IMG/VR virus record: IMGVR_UViG_3300032247_001667
DNA: 64,000 nt
DNA from: an uncultured virus (IMG/VR IMGVR_UViG_3300032247_001667)
Lineage: Duplodnaviria; Heunggongvirae; Uroviricota; Caudoviricetes
Reading direction: 5' to 3' (one strand)
Each line of letters begins with the position of its first letter. Position 1 is the stretch's first letter. Shown piece after piece: positions 18,696-27,492 of this stretch. The notes below the pieces were generated by a model. The model did not search any database. It was not told the origin of the DNA and saw only the letters and a program-made list of their open reading frames with translations. Made by a program: the position numbers and the translations under genes.

Positions 18696-20180
18696 ATGAT
18701 TTACTCCTCGCAGGTTGAACGACACGTATTAAGTGGGCTTATTAAATATCAGAATCTGTTCGCAGATGTTGATGTTTTTTTAAACGAATCAGACTTCTTT
18801 CATGAAGTTCATTCTATTGTATATGCGGTCTACAAGAACACAAGATATAAAGGCGAAAAAGTAGATAAAGTATTATTAGCAGAAAAGATCAAGAATCTTG
18901 GTATTTCATTTAAAGATGATATCAATATTTACGATTATATTGATAATCTTTCATTTTCTCAAATCACAGAAGAAGCTACAATGGCTGCTTGTAAAGAATT
19001 AGTCAAATTAAGAATTAGAAGAGAAATAAGTCAAACAGCAGATAAGCTAAAAACTTTTGTTGGTAAAAGTGGTGATGAAGCAATAGATAAGATTATCGCA
19101 GAAGCAGATTCAATTTATAACCAAAAGATTTCATCTTATATTTCAAATGATGAACCAATTAATCTATTCGAAGGAGTAGAAGATATTATTGAAGAAATTG
19201 GAAACAATCCTAAAGAAGAAGTTGGACTAGTAACTTCATATCCAGAATTTAATAGACTTTATGGTGGCTTAAAGAATGGAAATATTTATGCTATTGTAAG
19301 TAGGCCAGGTCAAGGAAAATCCACATGGATTAATGATATATGTTTTAACGCAAGTATTAATTCCAAGAACAAGACTAAAACATTAATCTTGGATACTGAA
19401 ATGCAAACATTTGATATTCAATTAAGAATGGTATCTTCACTTTCTGGTGTTCCAATGTGGTATCTTGAAACTGGTAATTGGCGTAGGAATGAAGATATGA
19501 CCAAAAAAGTTAGAGAAGCATGGGTCAAAGTCAAGAATTACGAATATTATCATTATCACGTTGGCTCGAAGAACATTGATCAAATCTGTTCTATTATTAG
19601 AAGGTGGTATCTCTCTAAAGTCGGTAGAGGAAATCAAGCATTGATCGCTTATGATTATGTTAAACTTACTGGTGAAAAAGTAGGTCAAAATTGGGCAGAG
19701 CATCAAGCTATTGGCGATAAGATTGATAAGCTAAAAAGAATTTCGGAAGAAATACATTGTCCAGTTATTACTGCGATGCAATTGAATCGTACTGGAGAAA
19801 ATTTTAATAGAAACTCTTCAGCAGTAATTGATGATAGTTCTGCTATTGCTTTGTCAGATAGATTACAATGGTTCGCATCATTCGTTGCGATCTTTAGAAG
19901 AAAAACATTAGACGAACTAGCTCTTGATGGTCAACAATTCGGAACTCATAAACTTGTTCCAACAAAAACTAGATTCCAAGGTAAAGAAGCTGCTGGTCAC
20001 CAAGATTTAGTTAGAAGATTAGATCCAACTGGAAAAGAGATTTGGGCCCAAAACTATTTAAATTATAATGTTCAAAACTTTAAAATTGAAGAACGTGGTT
20101 CATTAGAAACAATTGCTCAAAGACAAAGAGAGCAATACGAATTAAATGACACAAATGGAAATGATGGAGAAGTATTGTGA
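18696..20180 (+). CDS. dnaB: Replicative DnaB-like helicase
   Basis: N-terminal ERHVLSGL/DFF..H, Walker A SRPGQGKST, TEM, YDY, MQLNR, KTR. Confidence 0.9.
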   Translation: MIYSSQVERHVLSGLIKYQNLFADVDVFLNESDFFHEVHSIVYAVYKNTRYKGEKVDKVLLAEKIKNLGISFKDDINIYDYIDNLSFSQITEEATMAACKELVKLRIRREISQTADKLKTFVGKSGDEAIDKIIAEADSIYNQKISSYISNDEPINLFEGVEDIIEEIGNNPKEEVGLVTSYPEFNRLYGGLKNGNIYAIVSRPGQGKSTWINDICFNASINSKNKTKTLILDTEMQTFDIQLRMVSSLSGVPMWYLETGNWRRNEDMTKKVREAWVKVKNYEYYHYHVGSKNIDQICSIIRRWYLSKVGRGNQALIAYDYVKLTGEKVGQNWAEHQAIGDKIDKLKRISEEIHCPVITAMQLNRTGENFNRNSSAVIDDSSAIALSDRLQWFASFVAIFRRKTLDELALDGQQFGTHKLVPTKTRFQGKEAAGHQDLVRRLDPTGKEIWAQNYLNYNVQNFKIEERGSLETIAQRQREQYELNDTNGNDGEVL

Positions 20181-20836
20181 ACGTAAAATTAGTATCAGTA
20201 ACTCAACCTAATATAGAAGGAATTGATAAATCAGAAGAGCTAGTAGCTTATTGTGCTAGAGTTAGTAATCCATCAAATCAAATGAATTCTGAAACATCTC
20301 CAAAATTACTTGCATTTTTAATTAAGCATAAACATTGGAGTCCATTTGAAATGGTCGATATGACTGTAGAAATTAAAACTAGTAGGGCAATTGCAGCTCA
20401 GATTTTAAGACACCGCTCGTTTTCATTTCAAGAGTTTAGTCAAAGATATAGCGTCGCTAATCAATTTGAAGATATAGAGTTAAGACTTCAAGGAGATAAA
20501 AATAGGCAAGTTGGTGAAAAATTAATTTCTAAAGATCATCCAGAATATGATAATCTTAATCATATAGTCGCAGAAACTTTATCTATGAGTCAGCATTGTT
20601 ATGATACAATGATTGAAAATGGTATAGCAAAAGAAGTAGCCAGAATGATTCTTCCGTTAACAACTGAAACTACAATGTATATGAAAGGATCATTAAGAAG
20701 TTGGGTTCATTATATTGAATTAAGAACCGAACAAAATACTCAAAAAGAACATAGAATAATTGCAGATGAATGTAAGAATATATTTATTGAACAATTTCCA
20801 ATTATTGCGGAGGCATTACAATGGAAGAAACAGTAA
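20177..20836 (+). CDS. thyX: Flavin-dependent thymidylate synthase
   Basis: HWSPFE, QILRHRSFSFQEFSQRY (RHRx7S), EVARMILP. Confidence 0.97.
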   Translation: MNVKLVSVTQPNIEGIDKSEELVAYCARVSNPSNQMNSETSPKLLAFLIKHKHWSPFEMVDMTVEIKTSRAIAAQILRHRSFSFQEFSQRYSVANQFEDIELRLQGDKNRQVGEKLISKDHPEYDNLNHIVAETLSMSQHCYDTMIENGIAKEVARMILPLTTETTMYMKGSLRSWVHYIELRTEQNTQKEHRIIADECKNIFIEQFPIIAEALQWKKQ

Positions 20837-21729
20837 ATAATATACATCAAATATTAACTAATATAGGTTATTCTCTAAAAGATTTTGGTAGAGAATACAG
20901 AACAAAACCTATTTATAGAGATAGCGATAATGATACTGTATTAAGAATATATAAAGACACTGGATTTTGGGTGGACTTTAAAGAGAACATAAGTGGAGAC
21001 TTTGCTACTCTTATTAAGATGAGTCTAAAATTAGACACAAATGAACAAGCAAAGACTTGGCTCAAACAAAAGAATTTTGAAGTAGTTCCAGTTCAAGAAA
21101 ATAAACCTCAACTCAAAGAAAAGAAAATCTTTGATAAAGAGCTATTGTTAAAACTTAACAAAGATCATAACTATTGGATTAATCGAGGGGTTAATCAAGA
21201 AACAATTGAATTATTTAATGGTGGAATAGCTAGTGCTGGCAAGATGAAAAACAGATATGTATTTCCAATATTTAACAGTAAAAAAGAAATCGTTGGTTTT
21301 TCTGGAAGAGACGTTACGAATACAAGCAAAATCAAATGGAAACACTTAGGAGATAAGAGCAGTTGGTGCTATCCAGTTAATTTAAATATAGAAGCTATCA
21401 AACAACAAAAACAAGTTATCCTAATTGAAAGCATCGGAGATTGTTTATCTCTTTGGCAGAATGATATCAAAAATACAGTAGTAACATTTGGTCTTGAAGT
21501 TAGTATTTCTATATTAAACTTCTTATTAAAGATTGACCCAAATACAATTTATATTTCATTTAATAATGACGCTCAAAAGAATAACGCTGGAAATTTTGCA
21601 GCAGAAAAAACTAGAAATAAACTTTTGAGATATTTCGATGCGAAACAAATCAAAATAGCTTTGCCAAATAAAAAAGACTTTGGCGAAATGAATTCTGAAG
21701 AAATTAATCAATGGAAGCAAAGCCTTTAA
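20821..21729 (+). CDS. DnaG-like TOPRIM primase
   Basis: RYVFPI...GFSGR, LIESIGD, FNND, KDFGE; located next to dnaB. Confidence 0.8.
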   Translation: MEETVNNIHQILTNIGYSLKDFGREYRTKPIYRDSDNDTVLRIYKDTGFWVDFKENISGDFATLIKMSLKLDTNEQAKTWLKQKNFEVVPVQENKPQLKEKKIFDKELLLKLNKDHNYWINRGVNQETIELFNGGIASAGKMKNRYVFPIFNSKKEIVGFSGRDVTNTSKIKWKHLGDKSSWCYPVNLNIEAIKQQKQVILIESIGDCLSLWQNDIKNTVVTFGLEVSISILNFLLKIDPNTIYISFNNDAQKNNAGNFAAEKTRNKLLRYFDAKQIKIALPNKKDFGEMNSEEINQWKQSL

Positions 21730-22688
21730 AAACATTATCTGCCTCTAGAATTAAAACCTTAGAGACTTGCTCTTGGGTCTATTGGAATAATTATCATACC
21801 AAAGTTCCTCAAACTCAAAATGATGGAGCTATGCGTGGTACAATTTGTCATACCATTTTTGAATTACTTTTAAATAAAAAGCATCTTCCAAAATACAAAA
21901 GAATTATTAAGGATAATTCAATTAATGGAGATAAAGCTGTATCAAGATTAGTTAAGAAACTTTCTGCTAAAGTTGGACTTGATGAAAAGAATTATGAACT
22001 AGTAGATGAAATGATATTAGTTGGATTAAAGAATGATTTCTTTGGAGAAGATGGAAAAATAGTTAAACCAGAATACGCATTTGATATCAAGAACGATAAC
22101 CCAAAATATCATATTAAGGGTTTCATTGATAAGCCAATTAAAACGAAAAAAGAAATGCATATAATCGACTACAAGAGTTCTAAGTATAAGTTTAGAGGCG
22201 ATGACCTTCAAGCTAATCTACAAGCTATGATGTATAGTCTCGCAAGCAAGAAACTATGGCCTAAACTTAAGCCAGTTGTTAAATTCTTATTCTTAAGATT
22301 TCCTAAGCAACCATTTCAAGAACTTCAGTTTGATGATAATCAAATTAAAGGATTTGAGCATTATCTAGAACATATTAATGAATATGTTAATAACTTTGAC
22401 GAAAATTCTGCTAAAGCTAATTTCGCAATAGATAACCAAAAGAATAAATGGATGTGCCAAGTCGGAGGCTGGAAATGTCCATATAAAGATTCTTATGAAT
22501 ATTATGTAAAATTAAATAATAAGGGCGAAATCATAGAATCTAGTTTAACTGGTAAATTTAAAGATACTGAAGGATTTACAATAGAGAAAAGGAATTACGA
22601 AGGTTGTCCTAAATGGAATAAGCCTAAATCATCAGATGATTTCTTGGATAAAACTATAACAGATAAAACAGACGACTTTTTAGATTGA
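21711..22688 (+). CDS. PD-(D/E)XK (RecB/Cas4-like) exonuclease
   Basis: LSASRIKTLETC, RGTICH, GFID, IIDYKS, QAMMY, C-terminal Cys. Confidence 0.85.
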   Translation: MEAKPLKTLSASRIKTLETCSWVYWNNYHTKVPQTQNDGAMRGTICHTIFELLLNKKHLPKYKRIIKDNSINGDKAVSRLVKKLSAKVGLDEKNYELVDEMILVGLKNDFFGEDGKIVKPEYAFDIKNDNPKYHIKGFIDKPIKTKKEMHIIDYKSSKYKFRGDDLQANLQAMMYSLASKKLWPKLKPVVKFLFLRFPKQPFQELQFDDNQIKGFEHYLEHINEYVNNFDENSAKANFAIDNQKNKWMCQVGGWKCPYKDSYEYYVKLNNKGEIIESSLTGKFKDTEGFTIEKRNYEGCPKWNKPKSSDDFLDKTITDKTDDFLD

Positions 22689-22713
22689 TTTTTAAATAAA
22701 TTAATATTACAAT
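22685..22713 (+). promoter_or_regulatory. Sigma70-type promoter for the polymerase genes
   Basis: TTGATT(22685-22690)-17 nt-TACAAT(22708-22713). Confidence 0.6.
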
Positions 22714-22719
22714 TGCATG

Positions 22720-23484
22720 ATGGATATTTTACCTATATTTAAGTCTCATTACAGTATTGGAAGATCTATCCTTACTCTAGAAGATGAAGAATCCTCTGAG
22801 ACTTATCCAGACTCGATTATTGATATCGCTAAACAAAACAAGATGAAAGAAGTATATCTAGTAGAAGATAATATGAGTTCATTTCTTCAAGCATATACAA
22901 ATACTAAAAAGTATAATATTAATTTAAGGTATGGATTGAGATTAACTGTTACTGATAGCATTACCGAAAAGAGCGATGAGTCAAGAACTAAAAACTCAAA
23001 GATCATTATCTTCTTTAAGAACGAAAATGGATATAGAAAGTTAATCAAACTATTTAGTATCGCGGCTAAAGACGGATTCTACTATGAGCCAAGAATTGAT
23101 TACAAGACTTTAAAAGAAAACTGGTCAGATAAAGATTTGATGCTATGTATTCCATTTTATGATTCTTTTATTTATAATAACCTCTTAAGAAGTTCACTAT
23201 GTATTCCAGAATTAGATTTTACTAAACCAATCTTCTTTGTAGAAGACAATGAAATGCCATTTGACAATTTATTAAAGAATAAGCTAACGGAATATTGCAA
23301 TAAAGTATCCGCTCAAATGCTTAATGTTAAGAGTATTTTCTATAAAACTAAAAAAGACTTTAAAGCTTATTTGACCTTTAGATGTATTAATAATAGAAGC
23401 TCTTTAAATAAACCAGAGATAGAACATATGACTAGCGACACTTTCTGTTTTGAGAGCTGGCAGGAGAAAATTAAAAATGGATGA
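22720..23484 (+). CDS. Stand-alone PHP domain of DNA polymerase III alpha
   Basis: FKSHYSIGRSIL, YGLRL, KNENGYRKLIKL, FYYEPRID, matching the DnaE N-terminus; ATG 22717 or 22720. Confidence 0.8.
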   Translation: MDILPIFKSHYSIGRSILTLEDEESSETYPDSIIDIAKQNKMKEVYLVEDNMSSFLQAYTNTKKYNINLRYGLRLTVTDSITEKSDESRTKNSKIIIFFKNENGYRKLIKLFSIAAKDGFYYEPRIDYKTLKENWSDKDLMLCIPFYDSFIYNNLLRSSLCIPELDFTKPIFFVEDNEMPFDNLLKNKLTEYCNKVSAQMLNVKSIFYKTKKDFKAYLTFRCINNRSSLNKPEIEHMTSDTFCFESWQEKIKNG

Positions 23485-24115
23485 GCATCTTTTAAGATAC
23501 GATAAGAAGAAAACATTTGTTCTTATTGATTTGGAAACATTTAATCTATGTTTAAACTTCTGCCATAATCTTCCTTGGCAAATTGGCATGATTAAGGCTA
23601 AAGGAGATTTTAAATTAGATAGCAAAAATTATTATATTAATTGGGATACTAAATTAAAGATCAGTCAAGATGCAGCAAGAATAACTAGATATGACCATAA
23701 AAAAGTTCAAAGAGACGGCTTGAATATTAAAGATACTTTTCCAACTATCAAAGATTGGCTAGATCATGCCGATTATATTGTAGGTCACAACATATTAGGA
23801 TTTGACGTTAATCTAATTAAAGAATTATATAAAACTATGGGATGTAAATGGGATCATTTAATGCCAAAGATTATAGATACAAACTGCATGGCTAGAGGAA
23901 TTAAATATAATATGCCCTACAAGCCAAATGAAAATTTGCTAGAATATCAATACAAAATATATCATACTAGAAGAAAAGATGTTAAAAGCTCTTTGTCGTT
24001 TCTTGGAAAAGAAAATGGCATAGAACATGATTACGATAAACTTCATGACGCTTTAAATGATCTTGATTTGAATTTAAAAGTATGGAATAAATTGAAATGG
24101 CAAATAGAGGTATAA
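23477..24115 (+). CDS. DEDDh 3'-5' exonuclease (DnaQ/epsilon-like)
   Basis: IDLET, GHNILGFD, IDT, HDALND. Confidence 0.9.
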   Translation: MDEHLLRYDKKKTFVLIDLETFNLCLNFCHNLPWQIGMIKAKGDFKLDSKNYYINWDTKLKISQDAARITRYDHKKVQRDGLNIKDTFPTIKDWLDHADYIVGHNILGFDVNLIKELYKTMGCKWDHLMPKIIDTNCMARGIKYNMPYKPNENLLEYQYKIYHTRRKDVKSSLSFLGKENGIEHDYDKLHDALNDLDLNLKVWNKLKWQIEV

Positions 24116-24119
24116 AAAT

Positions 24120-24341
24120 ATGGCATCATTAGACGACGTATATGATATGACACAAAAATTAGAAGACAATAATATTGAATATCTTTTAATTACAATTACC
24201 AAAGGCAAGAAGCAAGGTAAAGCAGATGTATTTTATTATCTTAAAAATGCAGAATCAATGAGAGTATTGTCCAGAGGCTTAGAAGCCTTTAATAAAGAAA
24301 TAGATAATATAGAAAGAGGCGAAGAATCAGATGATGAATAA
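24120..24341 (+). CDS. Small hypothetical protein
   Basis: 73-aa ORF between the exonuclease and the polymerase core. Confidence 0.65.
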   Translation: MASLDDVYDMTQKLEDNNIEYLLITITKGKKQGKADVFYYLKNAESMRVLSRGLEAFNKEIDNIERGEESDDE

Positions 24342-26895
24342 AAAAGATTTTGATAGTAATTTTTCTAATATTGACCTTCCTCTTCATGGAGTAAGACTTC
24401 CAGAGTTTACTATTGATAATGTTTACAAGCATAAGCTAGAGATTAGCGAAGATGCATCAAATTATGATTTCTTAAAAGCATTAGCTCTTAAAGGTTTCAA
24501 GCAATTAAATCTAAAGAAAGATACCGAAGAATACAAGAAATATATTGATAGAGCTAAATACGAACTAGATACTCTTAAAGAATTGGAGTTTGTTGATTAT
24601 ATTCTACTCGTTTGGAATGTTATTAATTATTGCAAGGAAAGCAATATTCCAGTAGGTCTAGGTAGAGGTTCAGCTGCTGGCTCATTAATTTTATATCTAA
24701 TTGGCGTAACTAATATTGATCCAGTTAAATATGACCTTTATTTCGAAAGATTTATATCCAAGATTCGCGCTAAAAAGCAAGTTATTGATGGAGTAACGTA
24801 TTTGGATGGTAGTTTGATGTGTGACGTTGACTTGGATATTTGTTATTATAATCGTCATAAAGTATTACAATATTTGGAAGAAAAGTTCAAAGGCAAAACA
24901 AGTAAGATATTAACTTTGAATACTCTTAGCGGAAAACTTCTTATTAAAGAGTGCGGAAAAATTATCGGAGAAAAGACAGATCAAGAGATGACTGAGGTAT
25001 CTTCACTTATTCCAAAAGTATTCGGTCAAGTTAAAGATATCGAAACTGCTTATGAAGAAGTTCCTAAATTCAAAAAGTGGTGCGATGAAAATGAAGAGAT
25101 TTATCAAATAGCTTTAAAATTAAGAAATCTTGTTAAGAATAAAGGCGTTCATCCTTCTGGAGTTCTTCTTTCTCACGACGAGTTAGAAACAGCTTGTCCA
25201 ACAGAATTTTCTAGTGATAAGGAAGCAGTATCAAGTTTCGATATGAATTGGGCTAGTTTGTTTAATATTAAATTGGATATTCTAGGCTTAAGAAGCGTTT
25301 CTGTAGTAGATGACGTTTGTAAAAGTATTGGAATTAAGATTGGAGATATTGATTTAAATCATGAATCTATTTATCGTAACTTACAAGATTTAAGAAATCC
25401 TCATGGTCTATTCCAAATTGAAGCAGAAACTAATTTCAAAGTTTGCCAAAAGGTTAAGCCAAAGAATCTAGAAGAACTTAGTGGAGTGTTGGCTCTTGCT
25501 AGACCTGGAGCTTTGCAATTTGCAGATAAATATGCTGCTCATACAAACTATCAACAATCAGAAAGTATACATCCATTTTTCGATGACATCTTAAAAGATA
25601 CTGGTGGCGTAGCTCTTTACCAAGAGCAATTGATGAAGATGGCTCATAAGATTGGTTTTACATTAGATGAAGCGGAAATTCTACGCCGAATCGTAGGTAA
25701 AAAGAAAACAGAAGAAATTAAAGCTTGGAAAGCAAAAATTGAAAATCAATGCAAGAAGAATAAGCTACCAAAAGAGGTAGGAGAAATTCTATGGAAGATT
25801 CTAGAAGATTCAGCTAACTACTCTTTCAATAAGTCACATTCAATTGCATATGCAGCTCTAGCAGCAATTACTATTTATCTTAAGTTTAATCATCCACAAC
25901 AATTCTTTTTATCTTTATTAAAGATGACAAGACACGAACCAGATCCAATTGGTGAAATATCTAAGATTCAAAAAGAAATGGGAGCATTTGGAATCAAACT
26001 TCTAAGACCACATATTATTAAATCTGAAATGGATTTCTCAATTGAAGGTCAAGATATTAGATTTGGATTGCTTTCTGTTAAGGGTATTTCTGATAAATCA
26101 ATTGAAAAGTTAAATAGCTTCAGAAATAAATATTCAAATAAGTTTGAGATATTCCAAGCAGCCGAAGAAGCTGATCTTAATATTGGAGTATTATCTTCAT
26201 TAATTCAAGCTGGAGCTTTGATTGGATTTAAACAATCTAGAAGTAAAGTAGTATTAGAAGCTCAACTATGGAATATTTTAAGTGTTAAAGAAAAGAAGTT
26301 CTGTATTTCATTTGCAGAGAAGTTTGATTATGATTTAATTAAAATTATTAAACATCTTAACACTTTCACAGATGAAAAGGGAAAAGTGATTATCAAAGGC
26401 ACAAGACTTGATACAATTAAAAAGAGATACGAACCATATCTAAAGATATATAATCAAAATAGTAAAAGCGAAAGCTTTGCTAATTGGTATTATGAAAAGA
26501 GATTACTAGGTTACTCTTATGAAAAATCACTAAGGGAAATATTCCAAGAAAAGAGACAGGACTTGTCTTCGCTTAATGAGATACTAGATCTGCCAGTAAA
26601 TTCAAAGGTTGCATTTATTGGAGAAGTTCAAGAGGTTTATTCTGGTATAGCTAAAAATGAGAAAAAGACTAAGTTCTTAAAGATTAAAATGTCAGACGAA
26701 ACCAATGTTATTAATGTATTAATGTTTAATGATAATATTGAAAATAATAAGACCTTAAATAATAAGAGGAATTATGAAGAGAATAATATCGTCATTGTAA
26801 AGGGTACAAAAAAAGAAGATTGTATATTTGCTGATCTAGGTGCTATTCAAGATCACGAAATATATATGAAACTTAGCGAAGTTAAAAATATATAA
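24331..26895 (+). CDS. dnaE: DNA polymerase III alpha catalytic core (PHP-less), with C-terminal OB fold
   Basis: GRGSAAGSL, FERF, DVDLD, HPSGV, KLDILGL, RPG, YQEQLM, YSFNKSH, IRFGL. Confidence 0.95.
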   Translation: MMNKKDFDSNFSNIDLPLHGVRLPEFTIDNVYKHKLEISEDASNYDFLKALALKGFKQLNLKKDTEEYKKYIDRAKYELDTLKELEFVDYILLVWNVINYCKESNIPVGLGRGSAAGSLILYLIGVTNIDPVKYDLYFERFISKIRAKKQVIDGVTYLDGSLMCDVDLDICYYNRHKVLQYLEEKFKGKTSKILTLNTLSGKLLIKECGKIIGEKTDQEMTEVSSLIPKVFGQVKDIETAYEEVPKFKKWCDENEEIYQIALKLRNLVKNKGVHPSGVLLSHDELETACPTEFSSDKEAVSSFDMNWASLFNIKLDILGLRSVSVVDDVCKSIGIKIGDIDLNHESIYRNLQDLRNPHGLFQIEAETNFKVCQKVKPKNLEELSGVLALARPGALQFADKYAAHTNYQQSESIHPFFDDILKDTGGVALYQEQLMKMAHKIGFTLDEAEILRRIVGKKKTEEIKAWKAKIENQCKKNKLPKEVGEILWKILEDSANYSFNKSHSIAYAALAAITIYLKFNHPQQFFLSLLKMTRHEPDPIGEISKIQKEMGAFGIKLLRPHIIKSEMDFSIEGQDIRFGLLSVKGISDKSIEKLNSFRNKYSNKFEIFQAAEEADLNIGVLSSLIQAGALIGFKQSRSKVVLEAQLWNILSVKEKKFCISFAEKFDYDLIKIIKHLNTFTDEKGKVIIKGTRLDTIKKRYEPYLKIYNQNSKSESFANWYYEKRLLGYSYEKSLREIFQEKRQDLSSLNEILDLPVNSKVAFIGEVQEVYSGIAKNEKKTKFLKIKMSDETNVINVLMFNDNIENNKTLNNKRNYEENNIVIVKGTKKEDCIFADLGAIQDHEIYMKLSEVKNI

Positions 26896-26902
26896 AAAAA
26901 TT

Positions 26903-26931
26903 TTGACACTTTGACATATAGCTGTTATCAT
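26903..26931 (+). promoter_or_regulatory. Sigma70-type promoter
   Basis: TTGACA(26903-26908)-17 nt-TATCAT(26926-26931), extended -10 TG; a second TTGACA lies at 26911. Confidence 0.75.
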
Positions 26932-26939
26932 TCGTATAT

Positions 26940-27488
26940 ATGATATCATTTTATAAACCAAATAGTAAAAATACAGGCACTGCCTGTAGCTTCACAGTAA
27001 ATACAAAAGATGCCTCAATTTGGGGCTCATTGATTAAGCAATCATCTTGGAATGACGCAAAGAAGATTGGATCATTTTCTGAAAATCAAAATAACTCAAA
27101 CAAGAGCGTTAAAGTTAAGTTCTCGCTTACAGAAGCTGCTGGTATTCTAGACGCAATCGAAAGAAATACTGAATTTTCAGCTTATCATACTTCTGAAAAG
27201 CAAACTACCAGAATTAAGTTCTGTCCATATATTCGAGAAGATAAGCAAGTCGGATTCTCTTATTCAGTTAATAAAGAAGATAAACAAAATAGCGAAAACA
27301 AGCAATCTTATTTAATTGGATTTTATTTCAATGAAGCTCGTCTTATTAGAGAGTTTATTAGTTATGCATTAAATTCTACATTTGAAGCTCAAAGAATTGA
27401 AACAATTAAAAAGCTTAAAAATTCACCAAATGCAGTCAAAGAAGACAAGCCAAATAATCAAGTAGAAGAAGATTCTGATCTTTGGTAA
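26940..27488 (+). CDS. Putative ssDNA-binding protein, Whirly-like, with acidic tail
   Basis: SFYK, KFSLTEAAGIL...FSAYH, EARLIREFISYAL; C-terminus EEDSDLW; directly follows dnaE. Confidence 0.55.
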   Translation: MISFYKPNSKNTGTACSFTVNTKDASIWGSLIKQSSWNDAKKIGSFSENQNNSNKSVKVKFSLTEAAGILDAIERNTEFSAYHTSEKQTTRIKFCPYIREDKQVGFSYSVNKEDKQNSENKQSYLIGFYFNEARLIREFISYALNSTFEAQRIETIKKLKNSPNAVKEDKPNNQVEEDSDLW

Positions 27489-27492
27489 TTGA

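Noticed and set aside
21711..22688. Cas4-like nuclease as a sign of CRISPR-Cas
   Set aside because: No repeat-spacer array or other cas genes were seen; stand-alone PD-(D/E)XK nucleases are common in phage replication modules
16793..26895. Inteins or self-splicing introns in recA, dnaB, thyX or dnaE
   Set aside because: Protein lengths are normal, with no intein splice motifs or homing-endonuclease insertions seen; the polymerase pieces are separated by ordinary ORFs
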